A DNA stretch of 64,000 bases, from contig OZ316892.1 of NCBI GenBank assembly GCA_973895155.1, positions 16,668,357 to 16,732,356 of the forward strand, in the 5' to 3' direction. Origin of the DNA: Marsupella aquatica (lineage: Eukaryota > Plantae > Marchantiophyta). Positions 51,201 through 63,359 of the stretch are shown piece by piece (the stretch's first letter is position 1; every line of letters starts with the position of its first letter). A program made the position numbers and the translations under genes. Under the pieces are notes generated by a model. It ran no database searches and had not been told where the DNA came from. It saw only the letters and a program-made list of their open reading frames with translations.

Positions 51201-53600
51201 TCAATCAAAATTGTTGCACTGACAGCTCTCAAGTTTGATCTGAGGATTTAAGTGTCATCTGGCTGGACTTTTGCAATTCTGTGATCAAATTCTGATTTCA
51301 TCTGGAAGAAACTTAGATTTTTGAAGTTTTAATTGTTCTTCACCTCTAGTGCCATTCAAGTAGAAAGTGATATTTTCTAATTGAACCAACTGTAAAAATC
51401 TCAGGAGCTTAAGGAGTTGAGGAAACAAAATATGATTCAATATAGATATAAGTGAGTGTGTTCAACAACTAACTATTACTTTGTATTTTTTCCCACCAAT
51501 GTTGTGCTTGTGAATGTCCTTACCTCCTAGAGAAAGTCCTAAACTAAACTTAGGTGACAAATTTTCCTGGATCTGTAAGATTTCATGGTGGCAAGGAAAG
51601 GTACTACTTCATGGATCTTAGTTCTTCTGTCAAGGGATCCGTTATGTATGTCCTGTTCCACGCATAGTTGATTCTTTAGAGCACAGTAACATATTGGGCA
51701 ACCCAAAAGGTTTTCTAAACTAGTTGACGTTCTAAAAATGGTTCATGAAATCGAGTATGATATTAAAGAAATCCATGACTGTTTTGGGTTTAGCAATGTA
51801 TATTGTAACTCACTTGGAGTTGACATTTGTGAGCCTGTAGGGCGGATAATGCCTTAGCAACGGGGGACCTGGCTCGACGAGAATATGCAGTGCAACTGGT
51901 TCACCTAAGGGCAGAAAATGCTCGATTGAAGAATGACTTAGGAGTAAGATGTCTCCCATTCTCATAATATGTTTTATTTTCTTTCTTTTCATGGTCTCAT
52001 CCTAGAAATTCTGCAGAGTAAGAGAATCGTACTCCCTATACTGCTGACATAGATATATTTGTCATGCTGGTCAAGTGTTGTCACAAGAACTCAAGGTTTT
52101 GCCACTTCAAAACCTTTCTTAAAAGGCTGCGGAGAAGTAAAAGTATTGATGATCCCCACACTATGATATCCAATCTCACAGGCAGATAGTGTGTTTACAA
52201 GTTGTCACTAGAAAGAAATCCTGGCCATTCATTGAAGAGCTGTTTTTTCACCATTGGATCGGCCAAAAACATTTCCCTGTGCACCAGCCCCAACTTTCCA
52301 GGCACCCTTCCTGCCTCCCTCCATACTTTCCACCTCGCTGTCTGTGGGTCACCTCGGCTAATCATGCACTGCAAGGGCATTGGGCTTGTAACCACATAAT
52401 TCCAAACACATTCATGTTTTTTCAATTGTTGGAGAAAGGCCACAGAGACCAAGTAGATAACACAAGATTTATTTATTTTACTTGACCTTACAATATAGTT
52501 CCCTCATTTTTAAATCAAATATCAAGAAGACAAATTTAGGGGCATATTTTGTATCCAGTCTTTTTTAGAATGGTTTCTTTGTGCTACCAGACCTTAAAAG
52601 AAATGATTTCATTATAAGCCGTACATAAATAACAGGATCGAACTCTTTAGGATTAGTTGGCAAGTAGCCTATGAGGAAACTGGAATTAACACAAACAGCA
52701 CAAATTATATTTACTGTTCGTAAAAGGTGGAGAAAAAAGTACACGAGGCAAGTGTGGAATTCTTGAAGAAACAAAACATGGAGCTAAGAGAGGAAGCGGT
52801 TGCACTACAAGCAGGAATGGAGCTTGACAATCACAACCTTGATCATATGCTTGAGAAAATGCGGCTGCAGAGGAAGGAGAAGGAAGCAATTTTGGCTGAA
52901 CTGGAGCCTAGGTGATACTCGGATAAGTTAATCACATGCGAAGTACCAAGTTGCTGTTTTCTTGCTTACCTAACAGAGAAGTCAAAGCCATATGTTCAAG
53001 CATTTAAGTTTTGGAAAATAAATCATCTTAACCCATTGTTGTATTACAAGCAGTTCATCTAGACGTGCTTGATTGGTTTATGCACTGTACAAATACAACG
53101 ATGACATAGTTGCTGCTAATGATAATGCCTTTATGATGCTGCTACTTGACGCCGAAGTGAATCATTCACATTCTTGATACAATTGAGAGTCCTGATGGAA
53201 AGTGATAAAATTCTTGTTCTCTAGAGGGGGGCTGGATTAGTTGCAAGGTAAGAATTCAATTGTTTACATATATATATTTATGAATTAAGTTTAAACAATC
53301 ATAACAAAGATATAAAAGTGCTTGATTTCCCCAAAAATGATGTGCAGGTATATGGCAAGGATGGAGGAGATTGAGGCAGCTAGATTGGAAGCCATAAGGA
53401 AGCAAGAAGAGTTTTTTGCCAATCAAGGTCAAATTGAGCTGCAAACCTTTGGAGCACTTAAAATACAAAGAATTTGGCGTGGCTACTTGGTTCGAAAGGT
53501 TTGGTCAAAACAACTCAAGAAACTGAAGCGAAAGAGACTTGCTGCTAAGAAGAAGAAAGGAGGGAATGCTGGAAAGAAGAAGACAAAGAAGACAAAGTAG
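48269..53600 (+). CDS. Coiled-coil IQ-motif protein resembling dynein regulatory complex subunit DRC9/IQCG
   Basis: Exons at ~48269-48774, ~49965-50169, ~51596-51645, 51841-51943, 52728-52912 and 53349-53600. The spliced C-terminus reads LRAENARLKNDLG-VEKKVHEASVEFLKKQNMEL...ALKIQRIWRGYLVRK...KKKKGGNAGKKKTKK. This fits the IQCG pattern of E..VH.E...FL, an IQ motif and a basic tail. Some exons may be missed. Confidence 0.65.
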
Positions 53601-54125
53601 TTATCATACATTTAGTCTTGATAAATTTGCACTTACTTTGATGTTCTCATCGAGCTTGGAATACTTCCATAATCAGATCCAAGGGTTGAATGACTATTGA
53701 GATATGAGAGCATGACAAATCTGGTTTTTGCCATACATTTCCAAAACGTTTTCCACGAAGGGAAGGGTCATACCAGAAACTGTAAGGGAGGAGGATTATG
53801 GCCTGCATTGGAGTTGAGGGGCTCTCTCAGGTTATCTACTCACTATTTGAGTCGGGGCTGAAATTGCCAGAAGGGCTATAAGGCTATTGGGTGTAGTCAC
53901 CTGCAGTTCTGCTAAAGCAATGAGACAACCAAAGTGCAACAACTTCCAGATTGAGACAATTTCGAGTTCATAGCTGCCCCATGACCTCAACGAGAGTTTC
54001 ATGCGAGAGTGTCTGTGTGAGAATTCAGTTGGCTCATTTTTTCCGCAGTTAAAGAGGTGTGATCACCTTTCATTCCCCCCTGCTCGTTAACTCACAGCTT
54101 CAATGCGCCAGCCGCCCCCCCCCCT

Positions 54126-54131
54126 TATAAA
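54126..54131 (+). promoter_or_regulatory. TATA box followed by a CT-rich leader (likely Pol II start near 54155)
   Basis: TATAAA after a C-run, with a pyrimidine patch CTCTCTTTTCTCTCTCTTTCTT about 35-60 bp downstream. Confidence 0.5.
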
Positions 54132-54351
54132 GCCTCCCTGATATTCCATTCATACAATTTCACGACCTCTCTTTTCTCTCTCTTTCTTGCTCAGCCTTTT
54201 ACAAATGTTCATATTCCAAAACGGGATCCTGATCCAACGACGACATCCGACCTCATAGCAGTATAATGAAGGCGGAAATGGTGGGTCCTCGTCAGTCAGT
54301 TTAAATTACCGAAAGTCAGAGACTCTGACAGGGAATGATTGAGTTCATCAG

Positions 54352-54768
54352 AGGTTTTCTTTGGAGTGAGACGGATCGGATGCAATCGTAGAGTTTAGAA
54401 GCATTTCTGCACTAATCGATCTGACTTCATCATCCGTTAGATATATTGGCACAGAGGGACAGTGCAGAGTTTTCTTTGGACCGAGCCGGATCGGATGCAA
54501 TCCACGAGTTCAAAAGCATTTCAGCACGTCCCGATCTGACTTCGTCATCCATTAGATACATTGACAAAGAGAGACAGCAGTTTTCTTTGGACTGAGCCGG
54601 ATCGGATGCAATTCAAAAGCATTTCTGCACTAATCGATCTTACTTCATCATCCGTTAGATATATTGACACAGAGAGTCAGAGCAGAGATTTTCTTTGGAC
54701 TGAGCCGGATCGGATTGCAATTCAAGATTTCAATTGCATTTCTGCACTGATCGATCTGACGTCATCAA
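54352..54768 (+). repeat. Tandem array of four ~110-bp units, each an imperfect inverted repeat
   Basis: Unit TTTTCTTTGGACTGAGCCGGATCGGATGCAAT...GCATTTCTGCACTAATCGATCTGACTTCATCATCCGTTAGATATATTG. Confidence 0.9.
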
Positions 54769-54771
54769 TTT

Positions 54772-54773
<2 letters not shown>

Positions 54774-54813
<40 letters not shown>
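54774..54813. repeat. (AG)20 microsatellite
   Basis: Perfect AG run. Confidence 0.95.
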
Positions 54814-54816
<3 letters not shown>

Positions 54817-55785
54817 TAGTGAACTACGGGAGGAATCAGGTCGTGAGCTCATGAGGCTGGAATCTGCGTGAATCGTCTGAATCACTGTGATCTTTGGCTG
54901 GGCTGGGTTGTGGCTGCACATTTCGAGGATCTGGGAAGCCTTGGCCTTGGTTTCATTTGAAGTTCATTAGGTTTGCACGAGATGCGGATCCGAAGCCGTT
55001 GCCTGAATAATGTTTGTTGCTGAGAAATTTTTGAGATGTCGGAGGAGCCATTCTCTGTATCTTGGTTCTGAGATAGCAAAGAATGAGTTCCATCTTTCCC
55101 CCAACTAGTGGTGAGTGTTGATTTGTTGGAGCCGAAGGATTAGCCCCGGGGAAGCAAAGCGTTGATTCTGCTTTCTCGTTCCCGGGGGAATTGACGTACT
55201 CTAGAAGTTAGAGCTCGTTGAAAGCCTTTTTTGGAATGATTTCCATGTTCATCCAGAGGAATATGATGTGCTGCGCATTGTTGTACCGTAGTTCTGAACT
55301 TCAACTTCAGCTCCAGGTGCTTCGAAACCCAGTCCAGACGGATTGTTACAAACAGAGTCCTCGTTGATTTGTAGCGTACTAGAACCAGCCCGTGGGGTTT
55401 AAACCGAGAAAGCCACGCCACCTGAAAGGCTGAAGTTGACTTGACGGAGGTTCATCTCAGGAATAACAAGCTGAGGAGAAACAAAGGAAGTAAGATTTTG
55501 GCTGTTTGTTAGTGACAAGGATGAGTACAACGGTGCGACGGCATCGGAAGCACAAAAAAGGTCGCGGTTAGGGCTGGTTCGCGAGTGACTGATTGGATCA
55601 CAATTGAGTGGAGTGCAGAAATTTCGTGGGTAAGATAAGTTTGGATTTGTGTGCGAACAGGCTCTCCTTGAGAAGGAAAAGCTTGTGAGTACGTGCGCAG
55701 GAGTGTCTATTGAGAGAACCTAGATTGTAGTTACAGAGCATGTGAGCTGCCTGCTGATGTTGCAGTGGCCACAACAGGAGTGAGT

Positions 55786-57396
55786 ATGCACGGCCCGGGG
55801 AAACAATTTCAGCAGCAACGGCCGGGCCAGATCGAGCTGTTAGTGCGGCAGAATGGTCCTTCTCTGGCGCTGCGGCCCCCGCCCATGTCTTCTTCGGACG
55901 GATCAGCTCTGCTTTCCAGCGAGGTGTCACGATCTGATGATGCTGGGTTCGGGCTTGCTTTTGAACAACCCTCGAATGGAATTATTCACAGCCGTCCCTC
56001 CTCTTTAGATACCAAGGGATCAGAAAGTTTTACTGGAAAAGTAGACGATGGTCGGCCTTTACTGGCAAGCCCCGTATCGAGCGGGGAAGATGATGGTTCG
56101 CAAAGGAACTCCTCATCGCTGGAATTGGATTCAGGAGGCAGTAGTCAACTTAAGCAAGGAGCTACCCTTCGAAGTGCTGTTTTCAATCTGTCGACCACCA
56201 TCATTGGGGCTGGCATTATGGCCTTGCCTGCCGCTATGAGAGTCTTAGGATTGATACCTGGACTTGTGATTATTCTCCTCATGGGTGTGTTCTCTGAAGT
56301 GAGTTTGGAGATGGTGGTGCGATACACAACACAGTTGAAAAAATGGACCTATGGAGGAATGGTCGATGAAGCGTTGGGCAGTAGGGCACGCTTTTTGGCT
56401 CAGATTGCCATTATTGTCGGCAATGGGGGGATTCTCATTGTTTACATGATCATAATGGGAGATGTGATGTCGGGTTCAGAAAATCACACTGGACTTTTCG
56501 AGGGTTGGGTGGGTACAAGAGGATGGTGGACGCATAGGAGTTTAGTCCTCCTTCTGACCTTGGTTTTCATACTGGCACCACTATCAGCTTTAAAGAAAAT
56601 TGATTCTCTGGAACTCACATCCGCAATTTCTATAGCTCTGGCGTTGCTGTTCGTGGTGATTTCCGTCGGAATCGCGCTAGTCAAACTGGTGGAAGGAAAA
56701 TTGACGGCTCCCAGAATGTTTCCTTCTTTTGCATCAAAGAAGGCTTTTCTAGATCTTCTCACGGTCATCCCAATCATGACCAATGCATTTGTTTGCCAAT
56801 TCAACGTCCCGCCTATATACTATGAGCTCCGAGACAGGACAGCAACCACGATGAATAAAGTAGGCAGAATCTCGATTGGCCTGTGTGTGGCAGTGTATAG
56901 TGCCACTGCTCTCTCAGGCTACCTTCTCTTCGGAGAATCAACAGATTCTGATGTTTTGACCAACTTTGATACAGACCTTGGCATCCCCAACAGCCGCTTT
57001 TGGAACGATGTAATCCGTGTGGGATATGTCGTTCATTTGTTCTTTGTATTCCCAGTCATCCACTTCTCTTTCAGGGAAACTGTTGACTCTCTCCTGTTCC
57101 CCAAGGCAAGGCCTCTACCAGAGAATGACCTTCGATTTGGACTCCTCACTCTGGTGTTGTTGACAGTCATTTACGCAGGGTCGACGCTGATTCCTAATAT
57201 ATGGGTTGCTTTTAAATTCACTGGCGCCACGACAGGTCTCTCTCTGGGCTTCATGTTTCCAGCGCTCTTGGCCATCAAGGCCAAAGATGGGAGTAAGATG
57301 GAGCAGAAATTGGCGTGGGGAATGTTGCTCATGGCCGTGGTTGTGAGCGCTGTAGGTGTCATCACCCAGATTTACACTACAGCCACTGACCAATGA
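55786..57396 (+). CDS. AVT6: Amino acid transporter, AVT6/SLC38 family (AVT6E-like, uninterrupted ORF)
   Basis: First ATG at 55786, after a probable acceptor TGCAG at 55761-65. Motifs AVFNLSTTIIGAGIMALPA, DSLELTSAIS, NAFVCQFNVPPIYYEL, GYLLFGESTDSDVLTNFD and FKFTGAT, with about 11 hydrophobic segments. Confidence 0.93.
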   Translation: MHGPGKQFQQQRPGQIELLVRQNGPSLALRPPPMSSSDGSALLSSEVSRSDDAGFGLAFEQPSNGIIHSRPSSLDTKGSESFTGKVDDGRPLLASPVSSGEDDGSQRNSSSLELDSGGSSQLKQGATLRSAVFNLSTTIIGAGIMALPAAMRVLGLIPGLVIILLMGVFSEVSLEMVVRYTTQLKKWTYGGMVDEALGSRARFLAQIAIIVGNGGILIVYMIIMGDVMSGSENHTGLFEGWVGTRGWWTHRSLVLLLTLVFILAPLSALKKIDSLELTSAISIALALLFVVISVGIALVKLVEGKLTAPRMFPSFASKKAFLDLLTVIPIMTNAFVCQFNVPPIYYELRDRTATTMNKVGRISIGLCVAVYSATALSGYLLFGESTDSDVLTNFDTDLGIPNSRFWNDVIRVGYVVHLFFVFPVIHFSFRETVDSLLFPKARPLPENDLRFGLLTLVLLTVIYAGSTLIPNIWVAFKFTGATTGLSLGFMFPALLAIKAKDGSKMEQKLAWGMLLMAVVVSAVGVITQIYTTATDQ

Positions 57397-60319
57397 TCCT
57401 AGTGCTCCGGTGGTGTCTCTCCCAACATATCTGCATCCTGGCCCTGCTCTGCACATCCTGCACAGCTCACGGCTACTGCAGTACATCAGTCTACTGAAGG
57501 TCATTGATATTTGCAGACAACGGCTGTAAATGTCTACTATTCTCATGGCAGCGAGAGTGCTCGACTTGTCCTGTCGTAGCGTCATCCACATCTTTGAGGT
57601 GGATTCTCCGTCAGGGGTGAGACAGAAGCCATCCAAATGGTGTGATTGTCAGCTCAATTTTCGTTTTATAGAACTATAATACAGATTTCGTTGCCATCAG
57701 CTTAGGCTCTCGCCGGGCTGGCCTTTGCCCAAGCATTCTCTAAACTAGCAACTAAAATTGAAAAGATTTGAGTTTCAGTCCCCTAGACGATGGGATTGAC
57801 TTCCTGCCAATCATTCGGTCAGCACCCCAAGTTCTGGCCATGGTCGTATCGAAGAAGCATCAGGTACCTGTAATTGATGGCATCGATGCAGGGAAGTTGG
57901 AGCGCAATGTGGCCCGTCGAACATTTTGTCTCAGTGTTTGATCGAGATATTGTGCATTCCAATAAGAAAGATTCTGGTAGCAGGTGTAACGGCGTAGACC
58001 TTACCAGGATGTATGTCGGTCTTTTCCAATGTGGAGCACGCACACGCACGCACACGCACTCTCACATACTTTGGTGCTCCCGATCATCTTCTAGTTAGAG
58101 GTGAGACACAAAGTGCCCATCATCTTCTGTGAAACTTGGAGATCAGGATTTGGTTGATCAATTGATTGCTGGAGGCAAATAATGTCGATTGTGGTGAGAC
58201 TTCTGAGTCCTGGGAGTTATTCTAATTTGCTTACCGTACAACTCCTTTATTTCAACGAGTTCCACTGCTGTAACTGGATTTTTTTCTCCTGTTTTCGCCC
58301 TCGCCCTGGATTAGTTGGCCTTCTGTGAATTTCCCTATCATTGGGCCACCTATTACGAGTTTCGTGTGTTCAAACCGTTTCCATTTGAGGAAGGCCTTTT
58401 TCCCAACAGAACAGAATTTGATTGTTCTGTGAAAAATGCTTTCTTCTTCTTAACTTTGATTCCTCTCAGTTCGACATCTAACATGGAGGAGAGTTCAATT
58501 GCTGTGGTTGGAGATAACCGACCAACAATACGGTCAAGCAATCTTGTAATGAATCTTCTTTTAAAGCTTTGGAACTCACTGCTCTCTATGCTGAAGTTAC
58601 ACAAGTCTGTTCTACTGGTACTTTCTTTCATGGTCTTTCAAGGTCATTGGACACTAAACTGGAAGTGACGCATGAGAGAATAACAGTTTACGAAGGCTCC
58701 AAGGAACATTGGATGGACTTTTGCAGCTGGGATGGACTGTTTCCAAACATTGCAATTGGCTTGGATAGCACATTGACACTAAAGATTAAAAAATGACCTG
58801 TAAAATGAGATATAACTAGGGACAGTAGACTTATCATCTTTGAAGCTTTATTTGTTCACAACTACTCCATGTCCCAATATCCACTTTAGCTTGCTGGGAA
58901 AGAGGATAGAATCAGACTCTGAACAAATTAACTTTAGCTCGATTCACATCACATGTGTAAATGTTATGAATGTCAAAAGCACTACACGTTCAAAATGTCC
59001 TGTGACTAGGACAAACAATGGGCTTGATGTCTCCATTATATCCTGTTGACAACAAGTCTATTTCAGTTGCATGGTTCATAGGTAAGGTCCATCCAGGCTT
59101 CAACTTCGGAGTTCATCTTCACTTGGGATTCAATATCAAGGATTAGATAGAAATACTAAAAGCTTTCAAGAGCACTTTTTCAATCCAACTGGTAGGATCA
59201 AAGAAGGGATGAGAGACTCGGAGACCCAATCTATTGACCCAATCCAGAAGCCCTCTGCAGCTTCATAGACAAAACTTGTGATTTCTTTGAATCAAAGTGG
59301 GTCAATGAGCTTGACCAAATTTGTCATTGATTGCATGTAGTTCAAAATGAAAATGAAGAAAACTAGATGTCTCTAGCCAGAGTGCCCTTTTTTGAATATA
59401 AATAGAGCTATTGAGTTTGAAGCCCTAAGTTATTTTCAGACACTCACTGTCACCCTATCTACCCATTTTCCACTCGCACCCGCACGGCCCCACGTGATTT
59501 ATGCCCCAGAGTCGAGGTTTCACTCTAGACCAGTAGCTTCCAATCATGATTATATAGTGAGGTGGGAGCCCCCCCCCCCTGCCATTGTAGTTGAGGGGGT
59601 CTTTCTGTACATATGTCATGAAAGCAGCCTGCTACATTCAATGTAGTGTAACAAAGGTGTCCAAAAGAGGGCCAGAGGCTATCTCCCCCATAGGCTAAAG
59701 CGCTCAAGCTCTACCTGGCCTTATATATATATCTTCACTAGCATTTCCTGGATGGTTCTAAAAGAGTAGTATGGATGGGAGTGCATTCAATTTTGTTTTT
59801 TTTCTTAGAAAACAATCTTTTGGACGTGCCACTCAAATATCATAAGGGGGCAGGCGGGGCAACTGAAAAAGAAAGAAGGAAAAAAACTAATCCCATTAAA
59901 CATTCCAGGGAGGTGGCTACAAACTGGTACCCACCTTTCTAGATTTCTAGCATAGATTATGAGTAGGATAACCCACGCCCTTGAGCGGGTCATGGGTTGT
60001 AATCCTTGAGAGTGGTTAGCCTGAGAGAGTTATGGGGTGTAATCCCTGAGAGCGATTAGCCCTCTTTCACCCTCTCAATGATGTTGTGTTTGCCTTTGTA
60101 TGTGTTTATTCTAGTTTTAAAAATTGGGATGTCAAGGGTGGGAGTTTGTGGGGACTTTCACCTTGGACCTATGCTTGACAAGTAGTAGAGCTTGACTATT
60201 CAGGCAAACTTCTCTTGCACTAATGCCCTGCTAGACCATGGGTTTATGTGAACAAATTGATATCTCTTAAACCACCAATCGCCATATATAAGGGGGGAAA
60301 GTTTAGAGTTTAGAATTTA

Positions 60320-60680
60320 GGCCCCCGCAAACCCGTCCTGAATTTTTTGCATTGTATGTCTCTACAAGGTTACAAAGCATTACTCCTGGGTGAAGCCACA
60401 GAATCCCCTGGGCCAGCCTGCCCTAGGGATTTTGAAGTTTGAATGAAAAATACACTAAGGTGCAAGTGGCAGACAGTGACGGATGAGACGGATGAGACTT
60501 TTGCTGTGTAAAACTGAACTGAATAGTTCAATAAATTCACTCAGGCTATACTCCCGGTAACTCATTCCCACTTGGGGATAATGGCTGAAACCCCCTTGGG
60601 CTCAGCACCCTTTCAGATTAAATCCCATTACCCCCACTTGGGGATGGGTTGTTCTACACAACGCATCCCTCTTTTTTCTC
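60320..60680 (-). repeat. Dispersed repeat copy 2 (related to 10755-11055)
   Basis: Collinear shared blocks with copy 1, in inverted orientation. Confidence 0.7.
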
Positions 60681-62300
60681 ATTCTATTCTGTTTTCTCCT
60701 CTACCAATTTGCTCTTCAATTTTGAGAAAAACTTGCTTTTAATGGTAGTTATGGGTAACCTAGCTTATGAAAGGGTAGGTGGTTTAATCTAGTAGGATGT
60801 CTCAAACCTCTAGATTTGCAAAAAGATCCTGGCCCCAACTTATCAGTTTGGATTTGCGGTCACAAGTGTGCAAAGAGGCTTTTTTGTGTCCACCACTTTA
60901 GCTCTGGGAAACAACCCTGACGGTGACCCGAGGGAAAACACTCATGTTTGAGATGCCCAGGCAAACAAGGGCCGTCTTGCATGTAGATGGTCCTGAAAAC
61001 AACGGCCATTTACATAACTGATGGCGGCCCTTGAGTGAGCGAGACTTTCCCATGAGTGAGGCAGTCCTGCCAGCACTAATCTAGGATTTCAAAGGCAAGG
61101 CACAGAAAGTTTCTGGCCCTTCACCGTCATGACCTTCAATAAATGAATAAGATAACATATTGCCCTGTGAAATGAAAGAAAGTAAGCTACAAAGAAATAC
61201 ATGCGGGTGAGTTAGGCAGGGCAAGCGTGTGACTATTTGAGATGCCCTTTTTGCAGTCAATTTAAAAGTCATAAGGAGAGCATTTTTGAAGACATGGAAC
61301 ATGCAAGAGCCCTAAAGCGCATCAGGTTTTGAACTTGAGATCCCTCCCAATCGGTTACCCTAAATTAGAGTTGTCACGCCCACGGGAGAGACGTCGGTTT
61401 TAGGGTTAGGGTTACAGCACACATTGCCTCAATCGTCAGCAGCCCTCCCCTCCGCTTTCCTCTGATGGTTGGCGCTGCGGTCCCCGCTCTTCTTCTACCC
61501 CAGGCCCTTCGGATGTCTTTCTATAAGTTTCGATAGGAACCTTCAATGTTCGGATGCTCAGACGCCACAGGGATCGAGAGTGCGGGCCAAGAGAGTGAGT
61601 GAGTAGTTAGAGGATTTGCGGTAGAACTTCTCCTATAGCTTTGCCTTCATCATGCGTCAACAATTTCTTGCCAAGGCACGGTGAACTTGACATGCTGAGG
61701 ATTGGAACTGTTGATCGCGTTGGAAACCCGTCCTGGACTCGTATGAGGCCCACCGGGTGGAGATGCCCGCCTTCGCAGCCTAGGTTTACTAGGGTGATCT
61801 GGGTGTAGTGGAGATTGTGCTGTTGTATCTTCGCCGACTGTGGACTACTACACTTACTTCTCTTTGTCTTAGTATTATCGATACTTGCGCTGCAATGTAG
61901 GCGACTGCACTTCCTACTTTGCGAAACCGTGACCGTGTTTCCTGTCAATCCTCGTGTTATATTTTCGTCTTAATCTGGTTGTCTTCCATTGTATGACTTT
62001 GTACGGGCAACCTTAGTGTAGTGATCCATGGATGGAGATGTTCAGTATCGGTCATCTCTGAGTAATCTAAGTCCTGTCATGTACATCCGCCCTTCGAGGG
62101 CTTGTGCTATCATGGTAATCACTAGGAGTGGGTTGGCGCTACTACAGTTAGTTCGATTCTCCTCGAGATGTAAAGCCGGGGTAGGGGTTGAACGTTGGCA
62201 TGAGGATGAAGAAACATTTCCAAATCAGTTATCCCTATCTGAATAACCCTGTGGAATTGGTATTACTACGGTTCTGACTCATGCCATGGGAAGTTCTTGT

Positions 62301-62402
62301 GTCCGGGAGCATTGTTTAGATCCCACATAGGGAGGCCCATGATTATAAACAGTCCGGGAGCATTGTTTAGATCCCACATAGGGAGGCCCATGATTATAAA
62401 CA
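62301..62402. repeat. Perfect 51-bp tandem duplication
   Basis: GTCCGGGAGCATTGTTTAGATCCCACATAGGGAGGCCCATGATTATAAACA x2. Confidence 0.95.
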
Positions 62403-63287
62403 GAAGACAAGCATATAACTGAGCATTCTGCTTTGCTGATACCTTCTGAGACTAGGACAGTCTGAGGCCTCCCTACGATTTCGCTCAACCGTTTTGTTGC
62501 TCATTGAACTCTGGTCAGTTAGGCTTGGGTCAGTTAGGTTGAGGTATGGTATTTGGGACCACTTTCTTTCTATCTCATCCAATTAGAGTCAGTGCTATGT
62601 CTATGATGAAGATGCTCGTGGCACCTTGTTTGCGCTGGGTGCTTGATTATCCCGTGATTACTTCCGAGCTGCCTTCCTTCTGAGACACTCAAGCCGATTT
62701 TTAGAGCTTTCGGGGTTCGCCAAAAGTGATAATCTGGACCAAAGTTCACCGAACTTTCTTCTCAGTTTCCATCTGGACTTAAATTCAATAGCCTTGAACT
62801 CAATCTCGAACTAGGTATCATCTGACAGATAAGACCTCTAGATAGACAAGGATCTTATTCTTGCCGGGACGGAGTCGAGCTTCGATCTTGTGGCAAACAT
62901 GAGATGGACACATTTTATGCTACGAACAGTTATACGTCAAGACACGCTGAATTGTCACATAACAAACCCTACCTCTCCAAGCGAATAACTTAACAACAGG
63001 AGGACGAGCCTACCCATGCCCTACTCAATGCCTCCACAACAAACACCTACCATTTAATCGCCACTTCGGGGTGTCAACCAAGTTTGTAACTACGGCAATG
63101 GTTTCTCATCCGAATGCCATTCCCATGCAATGCATGACAACGTGGGTATATCACAGGCATTTGTCTCACGAACTCGCTTTGGATTGGAAAGCTAGTCAAG
63201 CTCGAGTCGACATTGGTTGTAATTAGTTCGCCTCTGGAACAGGTCTTGTAAAGCGAGCGGCCTCTGCCGTCTCTGAGTGGCTGTCTA

Positions 63288-63359
63288 GCCTTTATAGCTC
63301 ATTAGTAGAGTGTTAGTCTTGTAAACTAAAGGTCCTGAGTTCGATTATCAGCAGAGGCA
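63288..63359 (+). tRNA. tRNA-Thr(UGU), probably a pseudogene
   Basis: 72-nt cloverleaf GCCTTTA-TA-GCTC-ATTAGTA-GAGT-G-TTAGT-CTTGTAA-ACTAA-AGGTC-CTGAG-TTCGATT-ATCAG-CAGAGGC-A, then TTTT. The D-loop GG is lost, and there is an A7:C66 mismatch and a G53:A61 mismatch. Confidence 0.75.

Noticed and set aside
49065-51400. L1-like fragments in introns of the DRC9-like gene
   Set aside because: Only faint patterns (KLYLIK..FFW; WSKIW) without RT core motifs. Too weak to call.
54280-54770. Hammerhead ribozymes or a snoRNA cluster on the minus strand of the 110-bp array
   Set aside because: CTGATGA/CTGACGA lack a correctly placed stem II and GAAA. Box D CTGA is not conserved among units.
61398-61415. 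TTTTAGGGTTAGGGTTA as a telomerase RNA template or interstitial telomere
   Set aside because: Only about two units, with no upstream USE/TATA in the right orientation and no recognisable plant TR motifs. A telo-box or chance is more likely.
61590-62300. Fossil plus-strand ORF restorable by reverting stops to CAG/CGA
   Set aside because: Any stop can be reverted that way, and the restored peptide has no recognisable motif.
62320-62400. ATCCCACATAG plus TATAAA as an snRNA-type USE/TATA promoter
   Set aside because: USE-TATA spacing is 13 bp versus ~24 bp (Pol III) or ~33 bp (Pol II), and no snRNA is recognisable downstream.
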